Below, one piece after another: positions 35,706-48,822 of a DNA stretch of 64,000 nt. Position 1 is the stretch's first letter; the number at the start of each line of letters is the position of its first letter. The position numbers and the translations under genes are program-made. Under the pieces are notes generated by a model. That model was not told the origin of the DNA and did not search any database. It saw only the letters and a program-made list of their open reading frames with translations. Location of the stretch: NCBI GenBank assembly GCA_050613775.1, contig JBODTK010000102.1, forward strand, positions 434,001 through 498,000, read 5' to 3'. This DNA comes from Neocallimastix sp. 'constans' (taxonomy: Eukaryota).

Positions 35706-35746
<41 letters not shown>

Positions 35747-36093
35747 GCGTTAAATTTAATTGGTTAAGTAATAATTATGGTAATTTTAATGTATTTAAAT
35801 TATTGGTTTAAATTTTGATATTAAGGTTCTTCATTGTTTTATATATCTATATAGGAATAATTGAATTCACCTTTAATTTATTATTAATTTAATATATATT
35901 TTTATTTTAAATTCTATTCGATAAATTATTTGTTTATTCATTTGTTCTTAACGCGAATTATATTTCCTTTTAAATCTTATTATTTAATTGAAATTTTAAT
36001 AAGATTTTGTTTTGTCACTGACTATTTTCAGTGTGACGTTTATTATTTGCTGCTGACTATTCAGCATAGCATTATTTATTTCTTATCTATGTA

Positions 36094-36145
<52 letters not shown>

Positions 36146-36240
36146 ATATTTTAAGATATTAATTAGTAAGAATATATTTTATTATTTATTTTTTATACTA
36201 TATATATTTTAATACTTAGCTTTATATGAGTTGAGGTGAG

Positions 36241-36255
36241 ATGAGACTCTTAATC
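36241..36255 (-). other. E1 PBS complementary to the tRNA-Lys(CUU) anticodon arm
   Basis: The plus strand reads ATGAGACTCTTAATC, the anticodon stem-loop of a typical eukaryotic tRNA-Lys(CTT). It directly abuts the LTR. Confidence 0.85.
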
Positions 36256-36441
36256 TTTTAAACACTAAAATTATAGAAGTACACTTATAAAGTATGTAAC
36301 ATTAATATAGCATTTTTATTTATTATATAAAAACAAGATTAACTACATTTTTATGAACTATTTGTAATTTTCTTATCTTATTTTGTTTGTATGTAAAATA
36401 TGATTGGTAGATACTCGACACATTAATATTGTCGTTTAACA
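36256..36441 (-). repeat. E1 5' LTR (186 bp)
   Basis: Direct repeat of 31096-31286. Confidence 0.95.
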
Positions 36442-36892
36442 AAATACAACACTTCAATAAATAATAATTAGGTTAGGTATTTCTATTTAACATTGAAAAA
36501 TAAAATAAAAATAAATAAACATTTTATTTTTTAATGCTTTATTTATTTTTATTTTATTTTTTAACATTTTATTTTTTAATGCTTAAAAAATAAAATAAAA
36601 AAAAAAGAAAACTTTTTTTTTAAACATTAAAAAATAAAATAAAAATAAATAAAAATTTATTTTTTAAGCATTAAAAAATAAAAAAATAAAATAAAATAAA
36701 AAATACAAAATAAAAATAAAAATAAATAAATAAAATAGTAAATAAAGAAATAATTAATTATTAAATAATTATTTAAATAATTATATAATTAATTAAAAAA
36801 AGTTTTATTACTTTAAATATTAAAAAAAAAAAGTTTCAAAGCATTTAAAAGTATATTTATTAAAATATTTTATTGAAAAATTTTAATTATCA

Positions 36893-38326
36893 ATGGAAGA
36901 CAATATAGAAATTGAAATAAGTGAAACAAATCGAGGAAATGAACAAATTATTATTAATAAAAAACACAAATTTAATTTTTCATTTCAAAGGAAAGATAAA
37001 TCAAAAATTTATAGATGCACTGAATATAAGACTTTAAATAAATGTAAATCTTTAATTATTTTAAATGATAAAAACGAGGTTTTAAAATATGAAAGTTTAC
37101 ATAACCATCTCGAAAAAGAAATTGATGTGTCTATATCAGTAGCAAAACTTAAAATTAAGGAAGAAATTAAGAAAAATTCAATTCCTATGGATATAAAACC
37201 TAAACATATATTTAATGCCGTTTCTCAAGAAATGGGACTTATATGTCCAGAATATAGTACAATTAGATCTCAAATAATAAGAAATATAAATAAACAATTT
37301 CCTCCAAACATAAAAAGTTTTGATGATATTCCCATTGAATCAAAATATTATAAAACAAAAAGAAATGAAAATTTTATGATATTTAAAAATACTGATCTAA
37401 TAATCTTTCAATCACCATTCCAAGCATATTTATTTTCGAATTATCATAAAAATATATTTGCGGATGGTACATTTTATGCAGCACCGAAATTTAGTTATCA
37501 GTTATTTATAATAAGAAATTATGTTGGGGAATTTAATATGATTTACAATACTTCCATTTCTATATTAAAAAATAAAAAACAATCTACATATGAAACATTA
37601 TTTAAAGAAATAAAAAAAAATGCAAATAAATTTAGGAATAATACATTTTACTACAATTAATTTTCATTGTGATTTTGAACAAGTTATATCTAATGCCGCA
37701 AAAAAAGTTTTTCCCAATATAAATATTAAATATTGTGTTTGGCATTACAAAAGATCATTAGAAAAACAAAAAAATATATTATGTTATCATTAAATGAAAA
37801 ATAATAATAATGTATATATTTATTATAAAGCTATTTCGAACTTACCGTTTATAAACCTTAACTATATATTTGATATTTATATTATAATAAAAAGAATTTG
37901 TCAAAAAAAAAAGTATAATAATTTTCTACAATTTTTAGAATATTTTAATAAAAATTATTTACTTAAATATAATGTTAATAATTGGAATTATTATAAAAAT
38001 ATAGAGCATTTAACAAACAATGCATCAGAATCTTATAATAGCTACTTAAGTAATATATTTCCAAATAAACCTTTATTTTAAAATTAATATATATATTAAA
38101 AGAAGAAGAAAACTTATCTTATAATGATTATCAAAAGAGAACTAAAGGAACTTGGAAAAAAAAGCAAAAAATATTTAGTGCAACTGATGAAATTAAAATT
38201 TTAATTGAAAATTACAAAAGTAAGGAAATAAATTTATTTTATAATGAATGCAATAGAAATGAATTAATTAAATTATGGAAAGAATGTTTAATTGATTTAA
38301 ACGATATAAATATTAATTTAAAATAA
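36893..38326 (+). pseudogene. MULE transposase (FLYWCH/WRKY-like N-terminus + DDE), disrupted
   Basis: YRC..Y....C...H.H; FADGTF, HCDFEQ, CVWH, TNNASESYN. Frameshift ~37650, in-frame TAA ~37791, frameshift ~38078. Confidence 0.9.
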
Positions 38327-39175
38327 ATAATCTTAATTTAAAAAAAAAAAACTAGAAAAATACAAATTTATTTACCTATTGTGTTTATTTAATAATCTTA
38401 ATAGAAATTATCTTTTAGTTATTTTTATTAAGTAATTTATAACTAAAACCGATTTATTTGATACTAGTTAAAATTTTATTAATATTAATATCAATATTAT
38501 ATAATTATAAATTTTATTAATATCAATATCAATATTATATTATTATAAATTTTATTAATATCAATATACTTTTCAAAATTAATTATGTTATTAAAAATAT
38601 TAAATTCAATAAAAGATTTTTATTATTTTATTAAAATTATAATTGTTATTATTATAATTTAATAATAATTGATTCATATTGATCAAACATTATAAATATT
38701 ACTATGCAAATAATTAATTATTTTAATAGGATCAATTATTCAACTCTTATTGTTTTAATTTTTAATTCTTATATCATTTAAATTAATATATATATATCGT
38801 TTATGAAAATATGAATTATAAATAATTAAAATTATTTATTTTTCATTTAAATTTTTTTATTTACTATAATAAAATATAATAATTAAATAACAAACTTTAT
38901 TATAACTAAAATTTTTTTTTTTTAGAAAAATAAATGAAAAAAAATTAAAATATATAATTCCTATATATATAAAATAATTATTATATTTTTTTTTTATTTT
39001 ATTTTATTTTATTTTATATTTATTTCACCTATATACTTTATTATTTAATATTTTTATATATGTTAAACTTATATATATTTATATGGTTTATATATTATTT
39101 TAATATTTAAAAAAATAATATTTAGTTTAATAATAAATTTAAAATTAATCTATAAAAAATCTATTTTTTATTTAT

Positions 39176-39623
39176 TTAACTACGCCAACACCAACAGTAT
39201 TCAGTAAGACAGTATTTAACAACTATATCATAAACACGAGCATCATGATTAACATAACCTCTCCATGAAAATCCACCTCTTGTGTTATTTGGTGTGTAAT
39301 AACATCTATTTATGGTACTTATATGTCTAGTAATGCATTTACATTTATCTGGATTTTTATATTGTGTATCTTTAAGATATGCTCCAACAGGGATTTCTCT
39401 AATTAGCTACTGAATTACGGAGGAAAGAGTCATAAAATCCACGATTACTATTTTTTATAATACAATAACCTTTACATATATATGTAATTTTGCAATCTCT
39501 AGAATTAAGGAAATATAGATGAGATATATCTGAATATATAGCTGGTCCAACCAATTTTATACCACAAACATAAGTAATGCATACAGTAGCAATTAAAAAA
39601 GTAGTTAATAATTTTTTAAACAT
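39176..39623 (-). pseudogene. Small secreted Cys-rich protein (~150 aa) with one frameshift; MULE cargo
   Basis: Signal-peptide-like MFKKLLTTFLIATVCITYVCG. After a 1-nt shift near 39405 the reading continues LIREIPVGAYLKDTQYKNPDKCKCITRH...KYCLTEYCWCWRS*. GC higher than the flanks. Confidence 0.65.
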
Positions 39624-39867
39624 TTTAATTTATAAAATTAATACTTTAATATAATATTATAAAAAATACTAATTATAAACCTATTTATATATTAATTTTT
39701 TTATTAAATTATTCAATTATATAATTACGTATGTAATTCTGTTGATAATATAAACAAGGTATTAATGTATTAATAATAATTAATAATATTTAAAATAAAA
39801 TAAAAAAATATAATAATTATTTTATATATGTGGTAATTATGTATATATATATATTTTATTTAATTTT

Positions 39868-42800
39868 TGTTAAAATATTAAAAAAATAAATACTTAATAA
39901 TGACCTTAATATAATTTACCCAATCAGAATATTATTATATTTAAATAAAATTATAAAAGAAATAAAATGTAACCTTGTTAAAAATACATACACTTTTGTA
40001 ATCATAAAAAAATAAAGATAAATAAAATTAAATATTAAGTATTATATATAAAATGCTATTCTAAAAATATATCTAATTTTCTCAATATTTGTTTTTGGTG
40101 TTTAATAGATTAATAGTCTCAGACTACAACTGAGCTTAACCATAAGTTAAGTTATAATTAATTAATTAATATATAAATATATTCATCTTATAAATAAATT
40201 GAACTAACGCTTTCTTATTTTTAATATTAAAAATCATTTTTATATTTATCAATAATAACATCTAATTTTGAATTATCAAAGAAATAATTTAATTAATTAT
40301 GAATCTATATAATTAATTTTGCTATTTTCATAATAATTGAATCAAAATATATTATCAAAAATATTTTAAAAAATAAATTAATGAAGGATTAATACAATTT
40401 AATAATATCATTATTCATTCATTGTATATATAAATATACATATATATATTATAGTCAATTAAATTATAATTCGAACTGAAAAAATAATATAGTCAGTCAA
40501 TTATAATTTGAACTGAAAATTAGTATAATCAATATAATTTTATATTGAAATAAAATAAAAAATAATAATAAAAATAAAATAATAAAATAGTCAGTCAATT
40601 ATAATTTGAATTGAAAATCATATGGTCAGTCAAATAATTAATTTGAACTGAAAATATTATTGTCAATTATTAACAATAAAAATAAAAAAATATATATATT
40701 TTAAATTCCAATATTAATAAATGTAAATCAAGTATAAATACGTTTTTCAAACATAAAAAACTAATAATATAAATGTTTAATTAAATTAATTTCAAATGAC
40801 ATAATGAAAAATATTACATTAAAAATAAGATAAAAATAGAAACCAATCATAATTCTGAAATATGTTATTTTATAACCCTTTTTTTATTAAGTAATAAATA
40901 TAACTTAACCAATTATCAAAATATATATTATTAAAGTTTATTATAAATCATCATCATATAAATATTATATAATATATATTTCAATTTACATTTATTTAAT
41001 GAAAATAGAATAAGATTTTAATCAATATATTGAATATGTATAAATAAACAATTCAGATATACAACATATCCCTCATCAATTATTCTTTAAAAAATATTCG
41101 CATAATATAAAATATTAATAAATTATTAAAAAAAAAAATAATAAATTAATTTGAAACTCTCCACAATGGCTAACACAAGAAGAAACAATAGAAATGAAGT
41201 AATTACCATTGAAGAACCCATTGATATCAGGCCAACAATTAAATTTAACTACTCTGAAAATTTTAACAGAGTAGTTGAATTAAATACTGAAAACTATAAT
41301 AGATGAAGAACCAAAATCCTTCATCTATTATCAATTAACAACCTAGTTGGCTATATCACCAAAGAAAAGGTTAAGAAGTTAAGGAAAAGAGATATACAAG
41401 ATGACCTATCTGAGTATATCGAAGATGAATTTGATGACACATTGGTGTATGACAAAAACACCAATGTAGTTGATATCAATAACGATATCACAACAAAATG
41501 GATCGTCCTAAACAGTATTGGAGAAAAAACCCAAGACATTGTGCAAGGATCAAATAAAACCGCCTTTGAATTGTGGAAGATTCTAAAAAGATCTTTTACC
41601 AAAAACATTAACACGCGTAAATTAGAACTTAAAACCAAACTCGATAATTTGAAGTATAACCCAGAAGTGGACATTAATATATTTATTGCTGAACTACAGA
41701 ACTCACTTGATGAACTCGAGAAAATAGATAATGACATTGAATCAAGTGTTAAAGTGGGCATCCTTAACAGAAGTCTCCCAGAAGAACTCCGTTGGATTAA
41801 TATGTTCCAATTTAAAAATGATTGGAATAAATGCAGTGAATATGTTAAGGATGTATTGCCTGAAATAATCTCTTCAAACCTAAAAGAATCCTTAACAAAT
41901 AATCAAAATAATAAAAATATATTTTCAATAGAAAATAATACTAACATTAATACAAATAATAAAAAGCTTACTAAAATAAAAACATTAAAAAAATTACCCA
42001 AACCAAATAATTATGATGATATCTTTAATTTAAATGATAAAAATGAATGGTTAAAATCAGTCGATAATGAACTCGACAATATGAGAAATCTAAAAGTATA
42101 TGAAAAAATTGATAAAATACCTAAGAACGCAAACTTAATATCATCAAGATGGATTTTCAAATTCAAACGAAACTCAAATGGAGAAATAATCAAAAGAAAA
42201 TCAAGATTAGTAGCAAAGAGATTTACTCAAGAATACGGCATAGATTATAAAGAAGCCTTTGCACCTACCTTAAAACAGGATTCAATAAGAATCTTTACAG
42301 CAATTGCCACTTAGAACAATTTTGAAATAAACCAAATAGATATAACTGCCGCCTAATTAAATGCTGAATTAAATGAAGATTTGTATATGAAACCACCCAA
42401 AGGACATGAAGATTACAATAAGAAATTTTGGAAATTGAAGAAGGCAATATATGGACTGAAACAAAGTGGTGCTAAGTGGAATAATAAATTAAACGGCTAT
42501 CTAATAAAAATTGGATATAAAAGACTTATAAGTGAACCTTGTCTGTACGTTAAATTTAACAAAAGATAACTTTTAAGTATGTTAGCTATATATGTGGATG
42601 ATATTTTAATATCAGGATCAAAGAAAACAATAGAAAGTATAAAAATATTAATTGAGAAAAAGTTCAAAATGAAAGATATAGGTAATGTTGTTTATATTAT
42701 TGGAATAAAATTTATAAAACATAAAAATGGTTACTTTTTACATCAACACAGATATATAGATGAATTACTTTCTAAGTTTAATATGAAAAATTGTACACCT

Positions 42801-43825
42801 CTTAGAATTATGACTCCAATTGAAAATGAAGATCTTAGGAAAGTAAAAGTAGATGAAACAAAATATAGAAGCATAATAGGAAATTTATTATATCTCAGTA
42901 TATGTACAAGACCCGACATTATCTTCTCAGTATCAAAAGCAGCTAGAAGAGCAAAGGAACCAAATATGGAAGACTGGAATAACGTAATGAGAATATTAAG
43001 ATATTTAAAAGGAACTAAAAAATATGGAATAAATTTCACAAATAATCCGAATGTTAAAGCATATGTCGATTCGGATTACGGAGGTGACTTGGAAACTAGA
43101 CGTTCAACAACAGGATTCTTAATAACTTTTGGTGGTGAACCAACAAGCTGGTGTTCAAAGTTACAAAAATCCATATAGACTTCAACAGCCTAGTCCGAAT
43201 ATTACAGTCTTAGTGAATGCGGTAAACAATGTATATGGTACTTAAATTTATTCGAAGAATTGAACTTAAATATTAAAAATATTGAAGTAAATGTTGACAA
43301 TAAAGCAGCTATTTATAATGCTAAAAATCAAACTATAAACCCAAAAACTAAACATGTAGACATTAGGGTTCATTACATAAGAGAAATAGTCAAAGAAAAT
43401 AAAATCTATCTTAAATATATAAAATCTGAAAACAATCTCGCTGATAGGTTTACGAAGTATTTAAATGGGACATTAATGGATAAATTTAGAAATTCCTTAT
43501 TAACAAAAATTGATGATTTATATTTTATTTGAAATAATATAAATAAAATATATGACATTTTAGGAAAGTCATATTTTAGGAGGAATGTTAGAATATAAAA
43601 AAAATAAATACTTAATAATGACCTTAATATAATTTACCCAATTAGAATATTATTATATTTAAATAAAATTATAAAAGAAATAAAATGTAACCTTGTTAAA
43701 AATACATACACTTTTGTAATCATAAAAAAATAAAGATAAATAAAATTAAATATTAAGTATTATATATAAAATGCTATTCTAAAAATATATCTAATTTTCT
43801 CAATATTTATTTTTGGTGTTTAATA
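39868..43825 (+). mobile_element. Internally deleted Ty1/Copia element (E2)
   Basis: 240-bp LTRs 39868-40107 and 43586-43825, TSD ATTTT, PBS GATTAATAGTCTCA at 40108, PPT TAGGAGGAA. Confidence 0.93.
41166..43532 (+). pseudogene. Copia gag fused in frame to RT-RNase H (zinc knuckle, protease and integrase missing), several premature stops
   Basis: MANTRRNN... gag, homologous to E1 gag, runs into PKPNNYDDIF...KSRLVAK, YGLKQSG, YVDD, YVDSDYGGD. Stops near 41303, 42312, 42354, 42567, 43176 and 43191. Confidence 0.92.
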
Positions 43826-43883
43826 ATTTTATAAAAAATATTTTTTTAGTCATAATAAACGTTTGTCTTAATTATTTTTATTA

Positions 43884-46800
43884 TATTAGAATATATGAAA
43901 TAGGAGAAAATAGGAGTTAAATACAATTCAAATGTATTGAAACATATTGTGATAAATTTAATATATAAGCCACAATGTAAAAGTATAAAAGCATGTAATT
44001 TGTAATAGAATTAAACATTAGTTATTAGTTACTCTAGTAACTCACAAAGTAACTCTTTATCATAAAATATATTAATAAAGTTGACATAATTATAAACCAT
44101 AAATTCATAACTCTTAAAAAATTAAGAGTCTCATGGACTCTACTCGTGAAAATCAAATAATGTTATTTACTATTTTGAAAATTGAGCTACCTAGCAGAAT
44201 TTAAAACATTGCCGGACAATACATAATAATAAAGGAGAAATCTACTGAAATCCTAATCCTCGCTGAATAAAATTTTGAAATCTAGATATTGAAATTTCAA
44301 TATTGAAATGTTAAATAAAACATAAATGAGAAATTAAATATTCTAATTCTTTAAGAAATAACTAAATAACCAATATATAAAATGTGAAAACCAACATTAC
44401 GAATTAAAACTCAGACAATATCATAAATTATAATTTCTAAAAATAAAAATGTATTTAAATTTAAATTTAATTTTAAATTTTGAATTTAAATTTTAAAATT
44501 TTAAATTTAGAAAATGTAAACAAACATTTTTTTAGTATTTATACAACCATAACTAAATTAATATTGAAATATAATTTATATTCAAATAACTAATTTAAAA
44601 TTCAATAAATAAATCCTCTATATCACAATATTATAATTCGGATTATGAAATAGAAATAAGGTGCAATTAACAGTAATAATATGAAAATAAACAAACAGTT
44701 AAAATAAACAAAATATTTTATTTTTAAGCATAATAGTTTAGATTCTGAAAATAACTACAATATTATAATTTTAAGAGAGCAAAATAATCTAAATGTTAAA
44801 ATTTATCAATTGAACAAAATAAATAATAGTAAGTATATTCAAATGACAAATTTGAACCTTAATAATCTTAATTTATAAAATTTTACTTATTGAAAATAAT
44901 ATAAATTATCAGACAATTTTCCTAAAATTTAGAAATCAGTATTAATCCAAACATTGACAGGATTTTAAAAAAAAAATTAGTTTATATTTAATAATTTTTA
45001 TAATACATAAAATTCAAATTGAGTAAAAGCAATGGGAGATTTAATTGATAGCATTGTTGATGGGGTAAAGAAATTCTTTGATATTGAATTAAAAGAATCT
45101 GATGTAAAGGAAATCAAGAATTGCACTTCTTATAAAGAGGCAGGGAAGAATGCTGAATATTATCGTGCTCTGGCAGATGAAGAAGCAGACGATGCAAATG
45201 AATTTGGCTTGCCTACACCTGCTGATAATCTTAATTCAGCTTATCACTATAAGCTTTCAGCTGCTTGGGGTGAAAGAGAAAAAGAACTTATGGCATATAT
45301 CAATGACAGGATTGGAGGAAGAGCATAATAATTATATTTTGAAACAAGATAAGAATTACTCATAATGTCCTTACTTTTTTAATATCCATAAAATTACCAC
45401 ACATTTAATCAAATATACACGAAAATTACAAAAATACATATACTAATGTAGAAAGAAGAAAATAATAAAATATGTAATTTATCACATATTATGATTTAAT
45501 ACAACATTATTCATTCTAATATATGATAAAACGATAAAATCAATTAGTGATTTATATAGATTTTTAAATGAACATTAAAATAAATTATCCTTCCATAATG
45601 TTTAATAGATTAAGAAAATTAACAAAAATATGATTCTAATTCATTAAAGAAAAAACACATTTAAGCTTTAATAAACTATTCTTTACGTAAAGAATCTAAA
45701 CTAAAAGACTATTCTACCATATAAATATATCTAATACAATTTAACAATATATGTTATTTATAACTTAAGCAATCACATATTAAGCAATGGTTTCTACTTG
45801 ACCTCAAAACATATCATTTAAAGTATAGTTATTTTAACACGTATTTATACATATCAAACGCATATATATATAAATTAACAACAATAATGGAGGAGACTAT
45901 ATGTCAGAGATCCCATTTAATATATTTTACAATAATATAATATCCCAAATATTTAAGGGAAATATAATAGAAGGTAATTCCTAGCGTGAAATGGGTGCAT
46001 TCTAACAGTAATAGTATTATTAAATCTAGCGTGAAATGGGTTTAGATAATAATTAATTTATTACTAATTTAATTAAAACCTTCATAATGAAACGTATAAT
46101 ATAATAAATATAACCATGAGTTATATTCAAACAGATGAGATTTATCCATCTACAAGCTATACTTATTGATTGCAAAGTATTCATGAAGTTATAATTATTA
46201 AACTTATACCTTTAATATTTTAATGATGAGAAAATCCAAATATATAAAATTCATTTAAAAATTCGGACTTTAGGGGGAACAGTGAACGTAAAATATTAAT
46301 GAAAGATAAAATGAAAGCTAACTGATTTGAATAAAAATTAACTCAATAAGAGAAATTAAACAAAAATTAGCCTACAAAGAGAAATAAACTAAAACTATGA
46401 ACCTTAGCAAAATATTACATAATTTACATTATACACTAAAGGTCTAAATGGCTAGAATAATATAATTTACTATAAATGTAATCAATTTTAATACCCAAGA
46501 TTAAAATTTATCAAGTACACCAATATAAAATTAACAAATATAATTAACAATTTATTTTAATAATTATCGCTAAAACTACAAAGCGAATATATATAAAAGT
46601 TAACGCTAATCTAAAAAGCGATTATAATAAAAGTGATGTAAAAACCCAATATATGAGGTATTTACACAAATATAGATGGTATAATATCACCCTTCAAGAG
46701 AAAGGTTTCCATCATACAAAATGGTATTTATAAACCATACAATAATATAAGAGATGTCATAGATACATCCAATATCAATGGTGTAATAATAATATTAAAT

Positions 46801-47292
46801 ACTTAGTTTAGGGGGAATTTATTAGATTACATATTTATTTAGAGTTATTTTAACAAAATTCATATTAAGTTAGAAATTAATATAAAGTGAAAATATTTTT
46901 TTCATATAAAATTAAATGTTAGTTTAGAATAGAAATAATTAGTCGTTAATTAAAATCAAGTTAGTATCATAGAATAGGATAATTATAAATACACATATTT
47001 ACCAGTAAACCAAATTTTTTTATATCAAGAAAATTAGGTTTAAGGGGAATGTTAGAATATGTGAATATGTGAAATAGGAGAAAATAGGAGTTAAATATAA
47101 TTCAAATGTATTGTAACATATTGTGATAAATTTAATATATAAGCCACAATGTAAAAGTATAAAAGCATGTAATTTGTAATAGAATTAAACATTAGTTATT
47201 AGTTACTCAGTAACTCACAAAGTAACTCTTTATCATAAAATATATTAATAAAGTTGACATAATTATAAACCATAAATTCATAACTCTTAAAA
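43884..47292 (+). mobile_element. Non-autonomous Copia-type LTR element (E3) without gag/pol, carrying an orphan ORF
   Basis: LTRs 43884-44119 and 47050-47292, TSD TATTA, PBS aATTAAGAGTCTCATG at 44120, PPT TTTAAGGGGAA. Confidence 0.92.
45032..45328 (+). CDS. Orphan 98-aa acidic, probably helical protein inside E3
   Basis: Intact ATG-TAA ORF, an island of higher GC in AT-rich surroundings, aaagcaATGG start context, protein-like composition; no retroelement motif recognised. Confidence 0.65.
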   Translation: MGDLIDSIVDGVKKFFDIELKESDVKEIKNCTSYKEAGKNAEYYRALADEEADDANEFGLPTPADNLNSAYHYKLSAAWGEREKELMAYINDRIGGRA

Positions 47293-48781
47293 TATTATTA
47301 TTTAAAAATTTATTTATTTATTTATAATTTATTTATTCATTTATTTATTTATTACATTATAATACGCCATGTTTTCCGAAATGCACTACAACAAAATACA
47401 AATTTATGTAATAAAAATATTCAAAATGACACACCCCCTAATTATTTATTCATGTATTACAATGTGGCTTATAAAAATATATGAATAGGATAGGGTTAAA
47501 TTTTTTTTTTTTTTTTTATTTTTTTTTTTTATAATTGTATTAACATTTATAGTAAAAAAAAATAAATAATAAAGTAAAATAAAAATAAATAATAAAGTAA
47601 AATAAAAAATAAAAAAAAAAAGAATAAAAATATAAGATAAAAAAATAGATTAAAACAAAAAAATTAAAAAATAAAACTTTTAATTTAAAATATTTGAAAA
47701 TTAATTAAATAATTGAAAATAAATAAAAATAAAATAAAATTCTTAACAGAAAACTTATTTATTCTTTTATTTATTATTTATTTAGTTTTTATTTTATTTT
47801 TTTAATGCATGCTAAAATACAATAAATAAAAATATACGTTGAAAGATGTGGCATATTACATAATTTATACGCATTGTATCTTTAATCTTTAATATTAAAT
47901 ATTAATTTACTTATATTAATCATTATTTATTATTAATTTCTAATATTTATTATTAATTTCTAATTATTATTTAATATTTATTATTTATTTCTAATTATTA
48001 TTTAATATTTATTATTTATTTCTAATGTTTATAATAAATAATTATTATCTATTTCAAATATTTATTATTTATTTCTAATTTTTATTTATTTTTTTTATAT
48101 ATATAATTATTTATTATTTTTAAATAATAATTTATTATTTCTAATAATTATTTAATATTTTTAATAATTATTTATTATTTCTAAATAATTATTTAATATT
48201 TTTAATAATTATATATTATTTACTTCTAATTTTTAATATTTATTTCTAATGTTTATTATATATTTCTTATAATTAATTATTAATAACAAAAAAAAAAAAA
48301 AAAAAAGGAAGTCTTAGGTTTTATGTATTAATTTAATTTTATTTTTTTTTTATATTTGTGAATAAAACATTTGTAAATACTTTTCATATCCATTGAATTT
48401 AACTTATATTTATTTATTTATTTTTTTAATATTTATTACTTAATATTTATTGTTTAATGTTTAATTATGAATTATTAATTAATTTTTTTTTTTACTTATT
48501 AAAATATTAAAAGTTAAATGTAGTATTTAAAAAAAACATGAATAAATAAATAAATAAATAAATAAATAATGAAATAAATTATACTTATTTTTAATAAGAT
48601 TTAATATTTTTTCCTTCCTTTACTAATTATAAATATTTTAAAGAAACTATTAAAATCTATGGAATATAAATATTGTTAAAAGTCTTTATGATATAAAATA
48701 ATTATAAAAAAAGAAGTCTTATTTTTATTTTTAGAGTTGTGAATAGAGCATTTGTATAGTTTTCATATCAGTTTGATTTGA

Positions 48782-48822
<41 letters not shown>

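Larger units (their letters stand above)
31096..36441 (-). mobile_element. Full-length Ty1/Copia retrotransposon (E1), frameshifted
   Basis: LTRs 36256-36441 and 31096-31286, TSD AAATA, PPT TTGAGGGGGAG next to the 3' LTR, order gag-PR-IN-RT-RH. Confidence 0.96.
30747..47438 (+). mobile_element. Mutator-like (MULE) DNA transposon, ~4 kb native size, expanded by three nested LTR insertions
   Basis: Imperfect ~50-bp TIRs: ggggagtgtgtatttcgaaaattttttattacaaaaatttgtattttgttgta vs tacaacaaaatacaaatttatgtaataaaaatattcaaaatgacacaccccc. Flanks TAATCATT / TAATTATT (8-bp TSD, 1 mismatch). Internal MULE transposase. Confidence 0.75.

Noticed and set aside
36230..36260. tRNA-Lys gene
   Set aside because: Only the anticodon arm is present, with no acceptor or T arm; it is the PBS of E1.
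45150..45365. 71-aa ORF overlapping the 98-aa ORF
   Set aside because: Alternative frame with no supporting features.
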